Counted from the first letter of the stretch, positions 51,602 to 62,368 are shown. The stretch is 64,000 nt of DNA from Candidatus Woesearchaeota archaeon (GCA_016784165.1 JADHVD010000002.1:6045-70044), one strand, 5' to 3'. Program-made: numbers and translations. Notes: generated by a model not told the origin, from the sequence alone.

Positions 51602-52585
51602 ATGTTAGAAAAAAAAATAAGCGATCTTTTAGTGTATGTGGCAGATCCATTTAATGAAAATAATTTAACTAATCAAGATTATATAAATATAAGAAAACAA
51701 TTAAAACAGGATTTTGAAAGGGGACATTCTCTTTTAGATGAGTTGCGTTTAGATTGTATATCTGGGTGTGGCCACATATCTAATTTTGAGGAGTATAAAA
51801 TAAACAACCCTTACGAATTATTAAAATTTATGATGGAAAAAAGACCAGTTAGATTAGTACAACAATTACAAAAAACTTATAGAATTTACCATAAATCCGG
51901 AAATAATAACAAAAGAGTTCCATTTTCTAAATTAACTGAAGAGGAACTTAAAATGATTGATATTTCACAATACACTCATAAGTGGAGACAAGAGGTAGAA
52001 AAAAGACCCCACCATACTTATTCTAGTTTTAATATTCTTAAAAAAAGAAAATTGGTCAAAGCAAAATTATATATTCAACGAAATAAAAATCTTGGTAATC
52101 TCCCACATGCAGTATTCCAAAGACAGAAACGGAGAAAAAGAATAATAGAAAAATTAATTAAAAGAATAATTGATGAAAAAGATAAAATAGGGGATAGTAA
52201 GAATTTCAACAATTCTAATTGTTATGTTGAAGATTTTTTTGGATTAAAGATTTGTTGCACAAATTGGAATCCTCAAAATATAAATAATTTACTATATAAT
52301 TCTAAATCAAAAAAATGGGTTGTTGATAATTTTATAGATCATAGGAAGGATACTGATAAAAATATTAATCACCTTAAATATTATTTACATAAAAAAGGAG
52401 AAACTAGAATTCCTTTAGAATTACAATTTACAACAATAAATGATTTTCTTTTAGATGAATTTTTTAGTGCAGAAAATCATGTGCGCTATACAAGTAAAAG
52501 AAGAACAGAGATGAAGGAATACAAAAAAAGAAAGGAATATGGGGTGATGGAAGAAAGATTACAAAAACTTCTTTCTTTTTTATAG
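51602..52585 (+). CDS. Divergent RelA/SpoT synthetase-like nucleotidyltransferase-fold protein
   Basis: RQK...IEKL, EDFFGLKI (DxxGxR), DH, PLELQFTT (ExQxRT), HxxY. Confidence 0.68.
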   Translation: MLEKKISDLLVYVADPFNENNLTNQDYINIRKQLKQDFERGHSLLDELRLDCISGCGHISNFEEYKINNPYELLKFMMEKRPVRLVQQLQKTYRIYHKSGNNNKRVPFSKLTEEELKMIDISQYTHKWRQEVEKRPHHTYSSFNILKKRKLVKAKLYIQRNKNLGNLPHAVFQRQKRRKRIIEKLIKRIIDEKDKIGDSKNFNNSNCYVEDFFGLKICCTNWNPQNINNLLYNSKSKKWVVDNFIDHRKDTDKNINHLKYYLHKKGETRIPLELQFTTINDFLLDEFFSAENHVRYTSKRRTEMKEYKKRKEYGVMEERLQKLLSFL

Positions 52586-52591
52586 GCTAAA

Positions 52592-53221
52592 ATGGGTGAC
52601 AAATTATTTTTTAAACAAGTTAGGGAATTCGATGATCTAGCTTCTAAATTGATACTCACTTCAGCAAAGAATGGTTTTTTCAATATTAATGGAAATAATT
52701 CTTCAATAGGGGTTAGGGGGTCTGATGAAAAAATTGTTTTTGAAGCAATCAAAAAAGCAGGAGAAGATTATACTTATAAACCCACTTTTGTTGATCCGTC
52801 TTGTGGCCAAGGTATTCCTTTAGTTTTATCAGCTAAAATGGGATATGATACTTATGGTTCAGATATTGAAAATGGGATAGTAAAAATAACTAATAAATTA
52901 ATTCTTAATTTAGAAAAAAAGAATGTTATTCCTAAAGGGAATATTAAAAAAATAATTCAAGGAGATCTATTGGATTTAAAAACATATAATTCATTAGGGG
53001 TTGATTTTTCAGATGTTGATATTTTTTATAATTATACTTTCAGGAGTATACAAAAACATTTTTTTCATTTATTTTCTGATTCTGCAAAACAAGGAGCTAA
53101 ATTAATCCATATTCCAGGATACAAAAAAATAAAGAGAAACTCTTTACTCGATTTAATGGATAATATTGAATTATTTTATGAACATCCCGAGAATATTTAT
53201 CAAATTTATACCAAAAAATAA
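52592..53221 (+). CDS. Class I SAM-dependent methyltransferase
   Basis: FVDPSCGQG, GSDI, IIQGDL, DIFYNY, KQGAK. Confidence 0.8.
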   Translation: MGDKLFFKQVREFDDLASKLILTSAKNGFFNINGNNSSIGVRGSDEKIVFEAIKKAGEDYTYKPTFVDPSCGQGIPLVLSAKMGYDTYGSDIENGIVKITNKLILNLEKKNVIPKGNIKKIIQGDLLDLKTYNSLGVDFSDVDIFYNYTFRSIQKHFFHLFSDSAKQGAKLIHIPGYKKIKRNSLLDLMDNIELFYEHPENIYQIYTKK

Positions 53222-53222
53222 G

Positions 53223-53681
53223 TTAATTAGAAACAACCCTCAATCTTCTTTCTTTTGGGACATAATTGAGTATTTTTTCTTCTTTATACCTTCCACAACC
53301 AAGAATATCTTCTTTATGTTTTAAAATTACAAAACCACTAACATTTGATTTTTTATGTATATCTTGTCCAGTCAACCATTCTTCTGCTTCTCTATCATTT
53401 AATTCAATAATATTCTTGGTTACTTTTTTCCCAATCATTTGGCCACCTTCAATAGATAGTCTCACTTCATCTCTTCTATATTCTCCAAAATATAATCCAA
53501 TAGAGTCTATTCTCAGAGTTTCTAAATTAAGTTTTGCTAGATCTTTATTGATTAAATAGAGCCTATTTCTTTGATTCATTAAAAAAACATAATCTAATTT
53601 CTCTTTAAATCCAAATTGTTGTTTTAAGATTTCCGTAATCTTCTTTATTTCTTTATTGTTTAATATTTTGAGGTTTTGCAT
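53223..53681 (-). CDS. Nip7/RsmF-C-terminal-like PUA-domain protein
   Basis: GLYFG..RLSIEG, WLTGQDI, ILGCG..ILNYVPKERR. Confidence 0.78.
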   Translation of the reverse strand: MQNLKILNNKEIKKITEILKQQFGFKEKLDYVFLMNQRNRLYLINKDLAKLNLETLRIDSIGLYFGEYRRDEVRLSIEGGQMIGKKVTKNIIELNDREAEEWLTGQDIHKKSNVSGFVILKHKEDILGCGRYKEEKILNYVPKERRLRVVSN

Positions 53682-53701
53682 TTTTTGAGAAAAATTAAAA
53701 T

Positions 53702-54988
53702 TTATATTAAAAATATGTTTTCACTTCTTTCTGAAACTTCTCCTCTGAGATTTTTTGAGTATAATTTCTGGACTTCTTTTTTAGGGTAGTTACTTAAAAG
53801 CCATGCTAATTTTATGTATGATGTTTCAGGAGTTGTGTCGCAGTAGTTTCCCAATACACCTGCTTCGCTTAATAATCTTCCAGAGGAATATACGTTCAAG
53901 TTTACCCTTCCATAAATTGTTTGGGAGGTCATTACTGTAACTGTTTTTTTACATAACTCTTTTATTGTATTTAGTATTTTTTTGTTTTCTTTTGTGAATT
54001 TATCTGATTCTAGGACTGGTATATGTCCAAGTCCTGTTCCTTCTATTATTAACCCATCAAAATTCTTGTAAGAGTTAAATTCTTCAGCATACATTCCAGG
54101 TTTTGATTTTATTAATCCCACTTTAACATCTTTGAACAATCTCAGTTTTAGTTTGGGTTTTTGATTTTTGATTTTTGGTATGTTGATTAATTCTACTTTT
54201 TTATTTTTGTAATTTACTTTTGCAATTGGATTTTTGTTGATTGGTCTAAATGCATCTCTTCTTGAGGTGTGCATCTTTCTTGAATTTAATCCATCTATGA
54301 TTAAGCATTTATCATCTTCTTGATTTTCATGCATGCAAATTGTTACTCCAGCTATAGCAGTATTTGCTACAAAAATGCAAGCAGAAATTAAATTTACTGC
54401 AGCATCACTACTCCCTCTATCAGAACTTCTTTGTGCCCCAACTAAAACAACTGGAACACTCAAATCTTCTAATATAAATGATAATGCAGCAGAAGTGTAA
54501 TGCATTGTATCTGTACCATGAGTTACTATTATCCCTTTAACTCCTTTTTCTACTTCCTTTTTTATCTCTTTAGCTATTAGATTATAATGTTCAAACACCA
54601 TGTTTTCACTCATTATATTTCCAATCAATCTGCTCTTGATATTTACAATATCCCCCAATTCAGGAAACATTCCAACTAATTCTTCTGGTTTAAATTGTGC
54701 TAGCACTCCACCTGTTTTGTAATCCACTTTTGAGGCTATTGTCCCCCCAGTGTGTAGAATTGTTATATCTGGAAGTTTTTTGTTCTTCTTTACTTTAGAA
54801 AATTTACCTTCTTTTGTTTTCTTTTTGCTAATGATATTAATACTTTTAATATTTCTTTTTTTGATGCCAAGATTATATCCATTGTCTAATTTAATAAATG
54901 AGAAATCTGTTTCTTCTGGCATAAGGATTCCATTAATACTCTCATCCTTTAATTTTATTTCGACCGCGTCACCTGCTTTAGCTTCCAT
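53702..54988 (-). CDS. gatD: Glu-tRNA(Gln) amidotransferase subunit D
   Basis: KLDNGYNLG, TGGTIAS, HGTDT, QRSSDR.SSD, RKMHTSRRDAF. Confidence 0.96.
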   Translation of the reverse strand: MEAKAGDAVEIKLKDESINGILMPEETDFSFIKLDNGYNLGIKKRNIKSINIISKKKTKEGKFSKVKKNKKLPDITILHTGGTIASKVDYKTGGVLAQFKPEELVGMFPELGDIVNIKSRLIGNIMSENMVFEHYNLIAKEIKKEVEKGVKGIIVTHGTDTMHYTSAALSFILEDLSVPVVLVGAQRSSDRGSSDAAVNLISACIFVANTAIAGVTICMHENQEDDKCLIIDGLNSRKMHTSRRDAFRPINKNPIAKVNYKNKKVELINIPKIKNQKPKLKLRLFKDVKVGLIKSKPGMYAEEFNSYKNFDGLIIEGTGLGHIPVLESDKFTKENKKILNTIKELCKKTVTVMTSQTIYGRVNLNVYSSGRLLSEAGVLGNYCDTTPETSYIKLAWLLSNYPKKEVQKLYSKNLRGEVSERSENIFLI

Positions 54989-55039
54989 TAATTTAATAGA
55001 TAATTAACTACTTTAAATAATTTACCAATAATTTTAAAT

Positions 55040-55420
55040 ATGGCACATACACCATTAATATTTCTCAAAATGATTGCAGACATATTATATAAATCGTTCA
55101 ACCAGGAACAAAAAGCACAGGCAGACACAATCTGTAAAATAATCAATACATATATTTCTGAAGATCTTCGTAACAACCCTTCTATTAGGATTAGGGAAGC
55201 AACAAACGGCAGCAACGTTATCCTCACTCCCAACAATTTAGAAGAAATAGCAAAAGAAGTAATTCACGAATCTAAGAAATATTTATGTGAACACCAACAG
55301 GTATCAGAGGAGATAAAAGCATATGTTTATATCTTAATGGGGGAATGGTGTGGGATGTTAATTTATGATAAGAATCACAAACGACATTTAGATTTAAAAG
55401 AAATCTACCATAAAGATTAA
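55040..55420 (+). CDS. Hypothetical protein
   Basis: 126-aa ORF with upstream TATA-like tttaaata; no motif recognised. Confidence 0.55.
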   Translation: MAHTPLIFLKMIADILYKSFNQEQKAQADTICKIINTYISEDLRNNPSIRIREATNGSNVILTPNNLEEIAKEVIHESKKYLCEHQQVSEEIKAYVYILMGEWCGMLIYDKNHKRHLDLKEIYHKD

Positions 55421-55487
55421 CATACTTTTTTTGAAAAAATATATTAAAGAAAAAGTCAAATATATCAAAAAAGTGATTTAAAAAATA

Positions 55488-57755
55488 CTAACCCATGTAT
55501 GATGGTGCTTCTTTTATCTCTTTTGCCCTTGCAGCCGCAAACTCTTCTTTTATGTTTTGATATTTTTCTTCAATATCTTTTGCTACAGAAGCACGAACTA
55601 TTTTTAATGCATTATCGAAGTTGGTAGCAGTTACATTTTTAGCTTTTATGTCTTTTCTTAATGCGTCAATTGCTGCTTCTCTACACACTGCTTCTATGTC
55701 TGCTCCAACATAACCTTCTGTTTTATCAGCTAAAGTTTTTAGGCTAATTTCTTTTAAGGGCATTTTTTCTGTGTGGATCTTGAATATTGCTTCTCTTGCT
55801 GATTTATCTGGTACGGGTGTGAGGATTATTCTATCAAATCTTCCTGGCCTCAACAAAGCAGAATCAATTATATCTGGACGATTGGTTGCTGCAACAACAA
55901 CAACTTCGTGCATACTATCTAATCCATCCATTTCTGTGAGCATTTGATTAACAACTCTTTCACTAACTTTAGCATCAGTACTTGCTCCCCTTTTTGGGGC
56001 AATACTATCAATTTCATCAAAAAATAGGATTGTTGGACTATTTTGTCTTGCTTTATGGAATATTTTTCTCATCGCTTTTTCACTCTCTCCAACCCATTTA
56101 CTCATCATTTCAGGACCTTTAATCCAAATAAAATTAGCTTTACTTTCTGTAGCAACTGCTTTAGCCAGCAAAGTTTTTCCAGTTCCCGGTGGACCATATA
56201 ATAATATTCCTTTTGGTGGTTTAATCCCCATACTATTGAAAACTTCTGGCTGTTTTAAAGGCCATTCAACAGCTTCAATTAATTCTTGTTTAACTCCATC
56301 CATCCCACCAACAGAATCCCAAGGTATAGTTGGAACTTCTACTAGCACCTCTCTCATTGCGCTAGGTCTTACAACTTTTAATGCTTCTTCAAAATCTTTT
56401 TGATTAACAATTAATTTCCCAAGTACCTCTTTAGGAATATTACTATCTTCTTTTAATTTTAAATCTGGAAGAATTCTCCTTAATACTACCATTGCCGCTT
56501 CTTTAGCCAGCGAAGCCAAGTCAGCACCAACAAAACCATAAGTAATATCTGCCAACCCCTTTAGATCAACATTTTTTGCTAAAGGCATGTTTCTAGTGTG
56601 AATTTTTAAAACATTTAACCTGCCTTCTTTATCTGGAACTCCAATTTCAATCTCTCTATCAAACCTTCCTGGCCTTCTTAATGCTTGGTCAATTTCATTC
56701 ACTATATTAGTCGCTGCAATAACAACAACCCTTCCTCTAGATTTTAATCCATCCATTTCAGCTAATAGTTGGGCAACCACTCTTTTTTCAACTTCGCCTT
56801 TACTTTCTTCTCTTTTTGAAGCAATAGCATCTATTTCATCAATAAATATAATTGAAGGAGCATTCTTTTCTGCATCCTCAAACTTCTTTCTTAGATTTTG
56901 TTCACTTTGTCCATAAAATTTACTCATAATTTCAGGACCATTGATCAATATAAAATGAGAATTTGTTTCATTAGCAACTGCTTTAGCAAGCAAAGTTTTT
57001 CCAGTTCCAGGTGGACCATGTAATAAAACTCCTTTAGGAGCTTCAATTCCTAATCTTTCAAATAATTCAGGGTGTTTTAAAGGCAACTCAACCATCTCCC
57101 TTATTTTTTTAATTTCGTCTTCTAAACCGCCGATATCCTCATAAGCTATCTCTGGCAAAGTTTCTTCTTCTATTTTTACAGGTTCTGGATTAATTGTTAA
57201 TTCAGTATTATTTGTAATAATTACTGCTTGTTTTGGAGTTACATCAGCAACCATGAATCTAATCCCTCCAATACCAAAACTCATTCTAAGATCTCCTTCT
57301 AACACTTTAAAGATTTCATCAAAAGGACTATGAGAAAGAACATCTCTTCTTGTTTTAGTTCCACCAATACTAATTATATCTCCCCTTACAACAGCTCTAC
57401 CCAATAAACCTCTTTTAAATAATTGAGGCGGTGCCTGAATTCTTCCAGAAAGGGGCGCTATCGTGGCTTTTTTAGCTTCTTTAATATCTGTTTTTTGGAC
57501 TGAAACACTTTCACCAATACCTGTTTTAGCATTTCTTCTCATAAAACCGTCCAATCTTATTATACTTAACCCAATATCTCCAGGATAAGCCCTATCTACA
57601 ATTCCAACGGTTTCTCTTTCACCCTTAATGCTCACTATATCTCCTGGTTTTACATCTATCTCTCTCATAAAACCAGAATCAATTCGAACAATGCCTTTAT
57701 TTACATCGTCTTGAAAGGCTTCTACTACTTTTAATTTAATTTCCTTTTTAGACAT
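55488..57755 (-). CDS. cdc48: CDC48/VAT AAA+ ATPase
   Basis: N-domain plus two AAA modules (GPPGTGKT x2, DEID x2, RPGRFDR x2). Confidence 0.97.
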   Translation of the reverse strand: MSKKEIKLKVVEAFQDDVNKGIVRIDSGFMREIDVKPGDIVSIKGERETVGIVDRAYPGDIGLSIIRLDGFMRRNAKTGIGESVSVQKTDIKEAKKATIAPLSGRIQAPPQLFKRGLLGRAVVRGDIISIGGTKTRRDVLSHSPFDEIFKVLEGDLRMSFGIGGIRFMVADVTPKQAVIITNNTELTINPEPVKIEEETLPEIAYEDIGGLEDEIKKIREMVELPLKHPELFERLGIEAPKGVLLHGPPGTGKTLLAKAVANETNSHFILINGPEIMSKFYGQSEQNLRKKFEDAEKNAPSIIFIDEIDAIASKREESKGEVEKRVVAQLLAEMDGLKSRGRVVVIAATNIVNEIDQALRRPGRFDREIEIGVPDKEGRLNVLKIHTRNMPLAKNVDLKGLADITYGFVGADLASLAKEAAMVVLRRILPDLKLKEDSNIPKEVLGKLIVNQKDFEEALKVVRPSAMREVLVEVPTIPWDSVGGMDGVKQELIEAVEWPLKQPEVFNSMGIKPPKGILLYGPPGTGKTLLAKAVATESKANFIWIKGPEMMSKWVGESEKAMRKIFHKARQNSPTILFFDEIDSIAPKRGASTDAKVSERVVNQMLTEMDGLDSMHEVVVVAATNRPDIIDSALLRPGRFDRIILTPVPDKSAREAIFKIHTEKMPLKEISLKTLADKTEGYVGADIEAVCREAAIDALRKDIKAKNVTATNFDNALKIVRASVAKDIEEKYQNIKEEFAAARAKEIKEAPSYMG

Positions 57756-57780
57756 TCTCTAAAATTTATTTTATCAAATT

Positions 57781-58188
57781 TTATTTAGATTTTACTTTAG
57801 GCAAAGGAATTGGTGCAGGAAGATTAATTTCCTTACTCATTATCAATGCTTCAATATTGCATTTGCTAAGAATATTTCCCATCACTTCTTCTATAACATC
57901 ATTTGGTAGTTTTTTATTCTTTTTCCATTCAGTTTCTATATCTTTCACTTTATCTGCTGTTCCCATATAGACTATTTCCCCACCAAGAGAGATATTACCT
58001 ATATTAGGAGTATATTTTGCCTCAAATAAGAATTCTAACTTTAGAGCGTTTTCTTTATTTTTCCCTAATTTAAGCTCAAAGCTTTTAACGTCTTTAATTC
58101 CAATATTGTTCGCAATACTAATCTTTCCTTTAGCGCCTTCTTTTCTTTCAGCGTTTATTTTTGTAAAATTAAAACTTATTATAGTCAT
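57781..58188 (-). CDS. Conserved archaeal hypothetical protein upstream of cdc48
   Basis: IISFNFTKINAER...NLPAPIPLP; GGTGA SD. Confidence 0.75.
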   Translation of the reverse strand: MTIISFNFTKINAERKEGAKGKISIANNIGIKDVKSFELKLGKNKENALKLEFLFEAKYTPNIGNISLGGEIVYMGTADKVKDIETEWKKNKKLPNDVIEEVMGNILSKCNIEALIMSKEINLPAPIPLPKVKSK

Positions 58189-58412
58189 ATAACATCACCC
58201 AATTATAGCGTAATTATAGATGTTTATAAAGTTTTTGTTGTTTTGGAATAGATTATCTAACACAATAAAACGATATCTTTTTAAAGCAGAATTTATTTTT
58301 TAGATTATATGTATTTTTCAAACGCATTATTCGATTCTGTACGTTATTTTGGTAGTTAGAGTTCTTTAATTAAATTAAATTTATTAGTCTATTTTTGGAG
58401 TTTTTTATAAAA

Positions 58413-59357
58413 ATGGCATATGTAAAAGATTTTAAATGGAAAAAAGGCATAAAAGTGTCTGAATATGTGGATTCTTTAGCAAATATTGGATTTCAAAGTG
58501 TTCAATTAGCAAATGCCTCAAATGTGTTTGTTAAAATGAAAAAAAATTCTGCAAAAATTTTCTTAACTTTCACATCCAATATGGTAACATCAGGTCTTAG
58601 AGGATTTTTTGCACAATTAATCCAATTAAAAATGGCAGATATTATAGTTACTACAGTTGGAGGTCTTGAAGAAGATATCATGAAAGCAAAAGGAGAAAAG
58701 TTTTCTATTGGAACTTTTAATACTGATGATGTAGAACTTCATGAAAAAGGAATCAATAGAGTTGGGAATTTAATGATCAACAATGAAAGTTATATGAATT
58801 TTGAAGATGCTATTCTTCCAATATTAAATAAATTATATGAGAAAAAGAAAAGATGGCCAGTCTCAGAATTTTTCAGAGAAATTGGATTAATGCTAGACGA
58901 TGAAGATTCTATTCTTTATCAAGCAGCTAAAAATGATGTCCCAATTTTTTGTCCAGCAATTACTGACGGAGCTTTTGGATTTCACCTTTACATGTTTCAG
59001 CAAAAACATCCTGATTTTATAATTGATGTGATAAAAGATTTTGGAAATATTCTTCTTTCCACAAACCAAGATGAAAAGAAAGGGATAATTGCATTGGGAG
59101 GAAGCATCTCAAAACACCACGCAATTCTTTGTACTCTACTCAATGGAGGGGCAGAATATGCTGTGTATATGACAACAGCACACAAAACTTCTGGAAGTAT
59201 GTCTGGAGCGACAACCAATGAAGCAAAATCTTGGGGAAAAGTTAAGGATGAAAGTGATATAGCTACAGTAATTGGAGATGTAACAATAATGTTCCCTTTA
59301 GCTATGATAAAGGCATTAGAAGAATTAAAAGAAGATGGTTTATTGAAAAATGGCTAA
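58413..59357 (+). CDS. dys: Deoxyhypusine synthase family protein
   Basis: GFQ, TSNMVTSGLR, INRVGN, CPAITDG, GSMSGA..EAKSWGK (catalytic Lys present). Confidence 0.9.
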   Translation: MAYVKDFKWKKGIKVSEYVDSLANIGFQSVQLANASNVFVKMKKNSAKIFLTFTSNMVTSGLRGFFAQLIQLKMADIIVTTVGGLEEDIMKAKGEKFSIGTFNTDDVELHEKGINRVGNLMINNESYMNFEDAILPILNKLYEKKKRWPVSEFFREIGLMLDDEDSILYQAAKNDVPIFCPAITDGAFGFHLYMFQQKHPDFIIDVIKDFGNILLSTNQDEKKGIIALGGSISKHHAILCTLLNGGAEYAVYMTTAHKTSGSMSGATTNEAKSWGKVKDESDIATVIGDVTIMFPLAMIKALEELKEDGLLKNG

Positions 59358-60384
59358 ATTTGTAATATCTAAAAATAAAGTATTGGAACAATATAGGGTT
59401 TTAGAAGGCTTAGCAGATGTTATTTCTTATAGTTCAAAAACTAATCAAGATGTGACCAAGATTCTTGAAAGAGAAACAAATTGTTTTTTTAGTGTACATT
59501 TAACAAATGAACTTGTTCACATAAAAGACAAATCTAGGGTGATTTTTTTATCTCAAGGATGGGATAAAAAACAAATCGAAGAGTTATTATCTGAAGGGAT
59601 TAAAAATTTTATTGTTGATAATGAAACCGATTTAGATGTATTAGAATCCATCATTGAATCTAGTTCTAAAAAAATTACAATTTTTTTAAGAGTAAAATTA
59701 AAAGAAAGAAGTTTACGTACAGAAAGATATTTTGTATTTGGAATGAATTCATATATTGTAACTAAAAGAATAAAATCTCTTAATGAAAAATTTGAAAATA
59801 AAATTTCACTTGGGATCCATTTCCATCGTAAAACTCAAAATATGAGTGAATGGAACCTTCAGTATGAATTAGAAAATATTTTAGACAAAGAAACCTTAAA
59901 AATTATAAATTTTGTTAATATTGGAGGAGGAATTCCTTCAGAATATGCTAATACAAATATGAAAGTTATAGATTCAATCTTTAAGAAAATAAATACATTA
60001 AAAGATTGGCTTAAAGAATTAAATATTAAATTAATGATAGAGCCAGGGAGATTTATCGCAGCCCCTTCAGGAAAATTAATTACTAAAATAATAAATGTTT
60101 ATGATAATAATATAATTGTGGATGCGTCCATCTATAATTCAGATATGGATGCATTGATTGTCCCTGTTAAGTTGAAGATAGAAGGAGAATTAGAAAAAGG
60201 AGAAGGATATGTTGTCAAAGGAGTTACTCCTTGTTCTATGGATCTATTCCGTTATAGAGTTTATTTAAATAACCCTCAAGTGGGTGATGAATTAGTGTTC
60301 ATCAATGCAGGTGCTTATAACTTCACAACAGACTTTTGTGATTTGAATAAACTTAAAACAGTTATAGTAGATAATTTCAACTAA
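59350..60384 (+). CDS. PLP fold-type III basic amino acid decarboxylase (Orn/DAP/Arg family)
   Basis: YSSKTN (PLP Lys), HFH, NIGGG, EPGR, G.TPCSMD, GAY. Confidence 0.88.
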   Translation: MAKFVISKNKVLEQYRVLEGLADVISYSSKTNQDVTKILERETNCFFSVHLTNELVHIKDKSRVIFLSQGWDKKQIEELLSEGIKNFIVDNETDLDVLESIIESSSKKITIFLRVKLKERSLRTERYFVFGMNSYIVTKRIKSLNEKFENKISLGIHFHRKTQNMSEWNLQYELENILDKETLKIINFVNIGGGIPSEYANTNMKVIDSIFKKINTLKDWLKELNIKLMIEPGRFIAAPSGKLITKIINVYDNNIIVDASIYNSDMDALIVPVKLKIEGELEKGEGYVVKGVTPCSMDLFRYRVYLNNPQVGDELVFINAGAYNFTTDFCDLNKLKTVIVDNFN

Positions 60385-60453
60385 TAATATATTCAAAATA
60401 TAAAACATTTAAAGTTAAAAAAATATATAAACATCAAAAACACCCAAAAAACC

Positions 60454-61182
60454 ATGCACCCCTACAAAGGAAAATTCATAATCATAGATGGACTCGATGG
60501 AATAGGTAAGGGAGTAATCATAAAAGCATTAGAAGAAATAGAAAACAAAACAAAAAAAGTTTTCAACCTAATAGATTTCTGGAAAAAACATAAAACACAC
60601 CCAGACTACGAACTGCTAAAACCTTACGACACAATAATTTCTTCAGAACCAACTTATGCAGAAAAAGGATTGGAGATAAGAAATAAGATCATAGCAAAAG
60701 GAACAACACATTCAGCTCTAGATGCAGCAAAAGCATATTCCCAAGATAGACTAATCCTCTACAATAAGATAATACTCAAAGCACTAAAAGATGGAAAAAC
60801 AATAATCCAGGACAGATCAGTATGTTCTAGTTTAGTCTACCAAAGAACTCAATCAGACAACACCCTATCAATAACCCAATTAACAAACCTAGAAGGAAAT
60901 AAATTAGCACTCAACAATTCACCAAACCTATTAATCATACCCACAATAAAAAATCCAGAAGAATTAATGGCTAGACTAAGTAATAGAACTAAACAAGATA
61001 ACTGCATCTTTGAAAACATAAATTTCCAATTAAAACTAAAACCCATTTATGAAAGTCAAGAATTAAAACAACTCTTTGAAAGCAGAAACACAATAGTAAA
61101 ATATCTTGACGCAAGTCTTTCAATTAAAGAAACACAAGAACAAGCAATAAATATTTACAAAGAATTTCTCAACAACCAATAA
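60454..61182 (+). CDS. tmk: Thymidylate kinase
   Basis: GKFIIIDGLDGIGKG, EP, DR, QDR..SSLVYQ, FE. Confidence 0.88.
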   Translation: MHPYKGKFIIIDGLDGIGKGVIIKALEEIENKTKKVFNLIDFWKKHKTHPDYELLKPYDTIISSEPTYAEKGLEIRNKIIAKGTTHSALDAAKAYSQDRLILYNKIILKALKDGKTIIQDRSVCSSLVYQRTQSDNTLSITQLTNLEGNKLALNNSPNLLIIPTIKNPEELMARLSNRTKQDNCIFENINFQLKLKPIYESQELKQLFESRNTIVKYLDASLSIKETQEQAINIYKEFLNNQ

Positions 61183-61909
61183 TATGAATCCTTAAATTAG
61201 AATACTCTTTCATACAAATTTCTTTAAGATTTTCCAAAAAACTAATGGAGGGGCTATCTATTTTACCAAACATCCCATCAATACCTTCATTATTGAATTG
61301 TTGTAACACCCAAACACAATTAACTGCACTAATCCTTTTAGCAACCCATAGGATATCTTCTTTTTTGTAAAGTAAACCAGGAACAATTACAGTCCTAAAC
61401 ACCACGCCAATTTTATTATCATTTTTCTTAATAATCTCTAAACTTTTCTCAAAACTATCAATAACCTCATCACTACTCTTAAAAAAAGTTCTAGATTTAG
61501 TCACTCTTTCAAATATCCCATCAATAAGAGGGGCCTTAAACTCAATCCTAACTTTATCTACTAACCCGCCCTTAACTAACAAACCCAGCAAAGAAGGGGA
61601 AGTTCCATTAGTTTTTAAAATAATTTTAAATCCAAGCCCCTTACAGTATTTGGCTAGATTTTGTAATGCTTGTCTTTGTAAACAAGGTTCTGCTCCAGAA
61701 AAAATAATGGCACCAGCAACACCAACATACTCTTTGATTTTTTCTTTAACTTCTTTAATGTCCCTTTGAAATCCAACCTTAAAATCCAAAATCTCCTGCC
61801 TATCACAATAGCCACATTTAAAATCACATCCAGCAAAATCTATTCTAACATAGCTCTCTCTAGATTTTAATCCAGATATCAATAAAATATCGCTTATATA
61901 GACTTGCAT
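61169..61909 (-). CDS. Radical SAM activase (anaerobic RNR activating NrdG-like)
   Basis: GCDFKCGYC, SGAEP, TNG, KAP, RT..VPG, LQQF. Confidence 0.8.
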   Translation of the reverse strand: MQVYISDILLISGLKSRESYVRIDFAGCDFKCGYCDRQEILDFKVGFQRDIKEVKEKIKEYVGVAGAIIFSGAEPCLQRQALQNLAKYCKGLGFKIILKTNGTSPSLLGLLVKGGLVDKVRIEFKAPLIDGIFERVTKSRTFFKSSDEVIDSFEKSLEIIKKNDNKIGVVFRTVIVPGLLYKKEDILWVAKRISAVNCVWVLQQFNNEGIDGMFGKIDSPSISFLENLKEICMKEYSNLRIHIIGC

Positions 61910-62368
61910 ATCCCCCCACAAATAATTAGAAACAGTTACTTATTTTAAATATTACTATTAATTTATGAAAAATATATTTATATATAAGAAAGATGGATAA
62001 CATTAGAATTCTTGTTATATTCTTTCCTCGTACAATGTGTGGGAAAAATGCATCCGCAGAGTCGGGAAAGGGCAAATTCAATCCAACACGGAATGCAATT
62101 AAGAAAAAGCATCAAGGCAAGAATTGAAAAATTTTGAGATTAAAATAATAAGGTTTATATAGGAGCCAGTATTCTTTTATTTTATGAAATACCAAAGTGA
62201 TTGTCGGTGGCAGAGTATTTAGTTTTTTCTTAGACATCACTATATTTAAAATTTCAAAAGGATTATGGCGCTAGTGGTTTCTATATAAAATTTTATTCGA
62301 CAAGTTTCAGATAACTGAAGCTATATACCAATAAAGTCATACGGACTTAAAACGTGGAGGATTATAAA

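Noticed and set aside
62065-62100. c-di-GMP-I or cobalamin riboswitch (GGGCAAA...TGCAA; GGGAA)
   Set aside because: No GNRA tetraloop/receptor or B12 box, and no gene directly downstream
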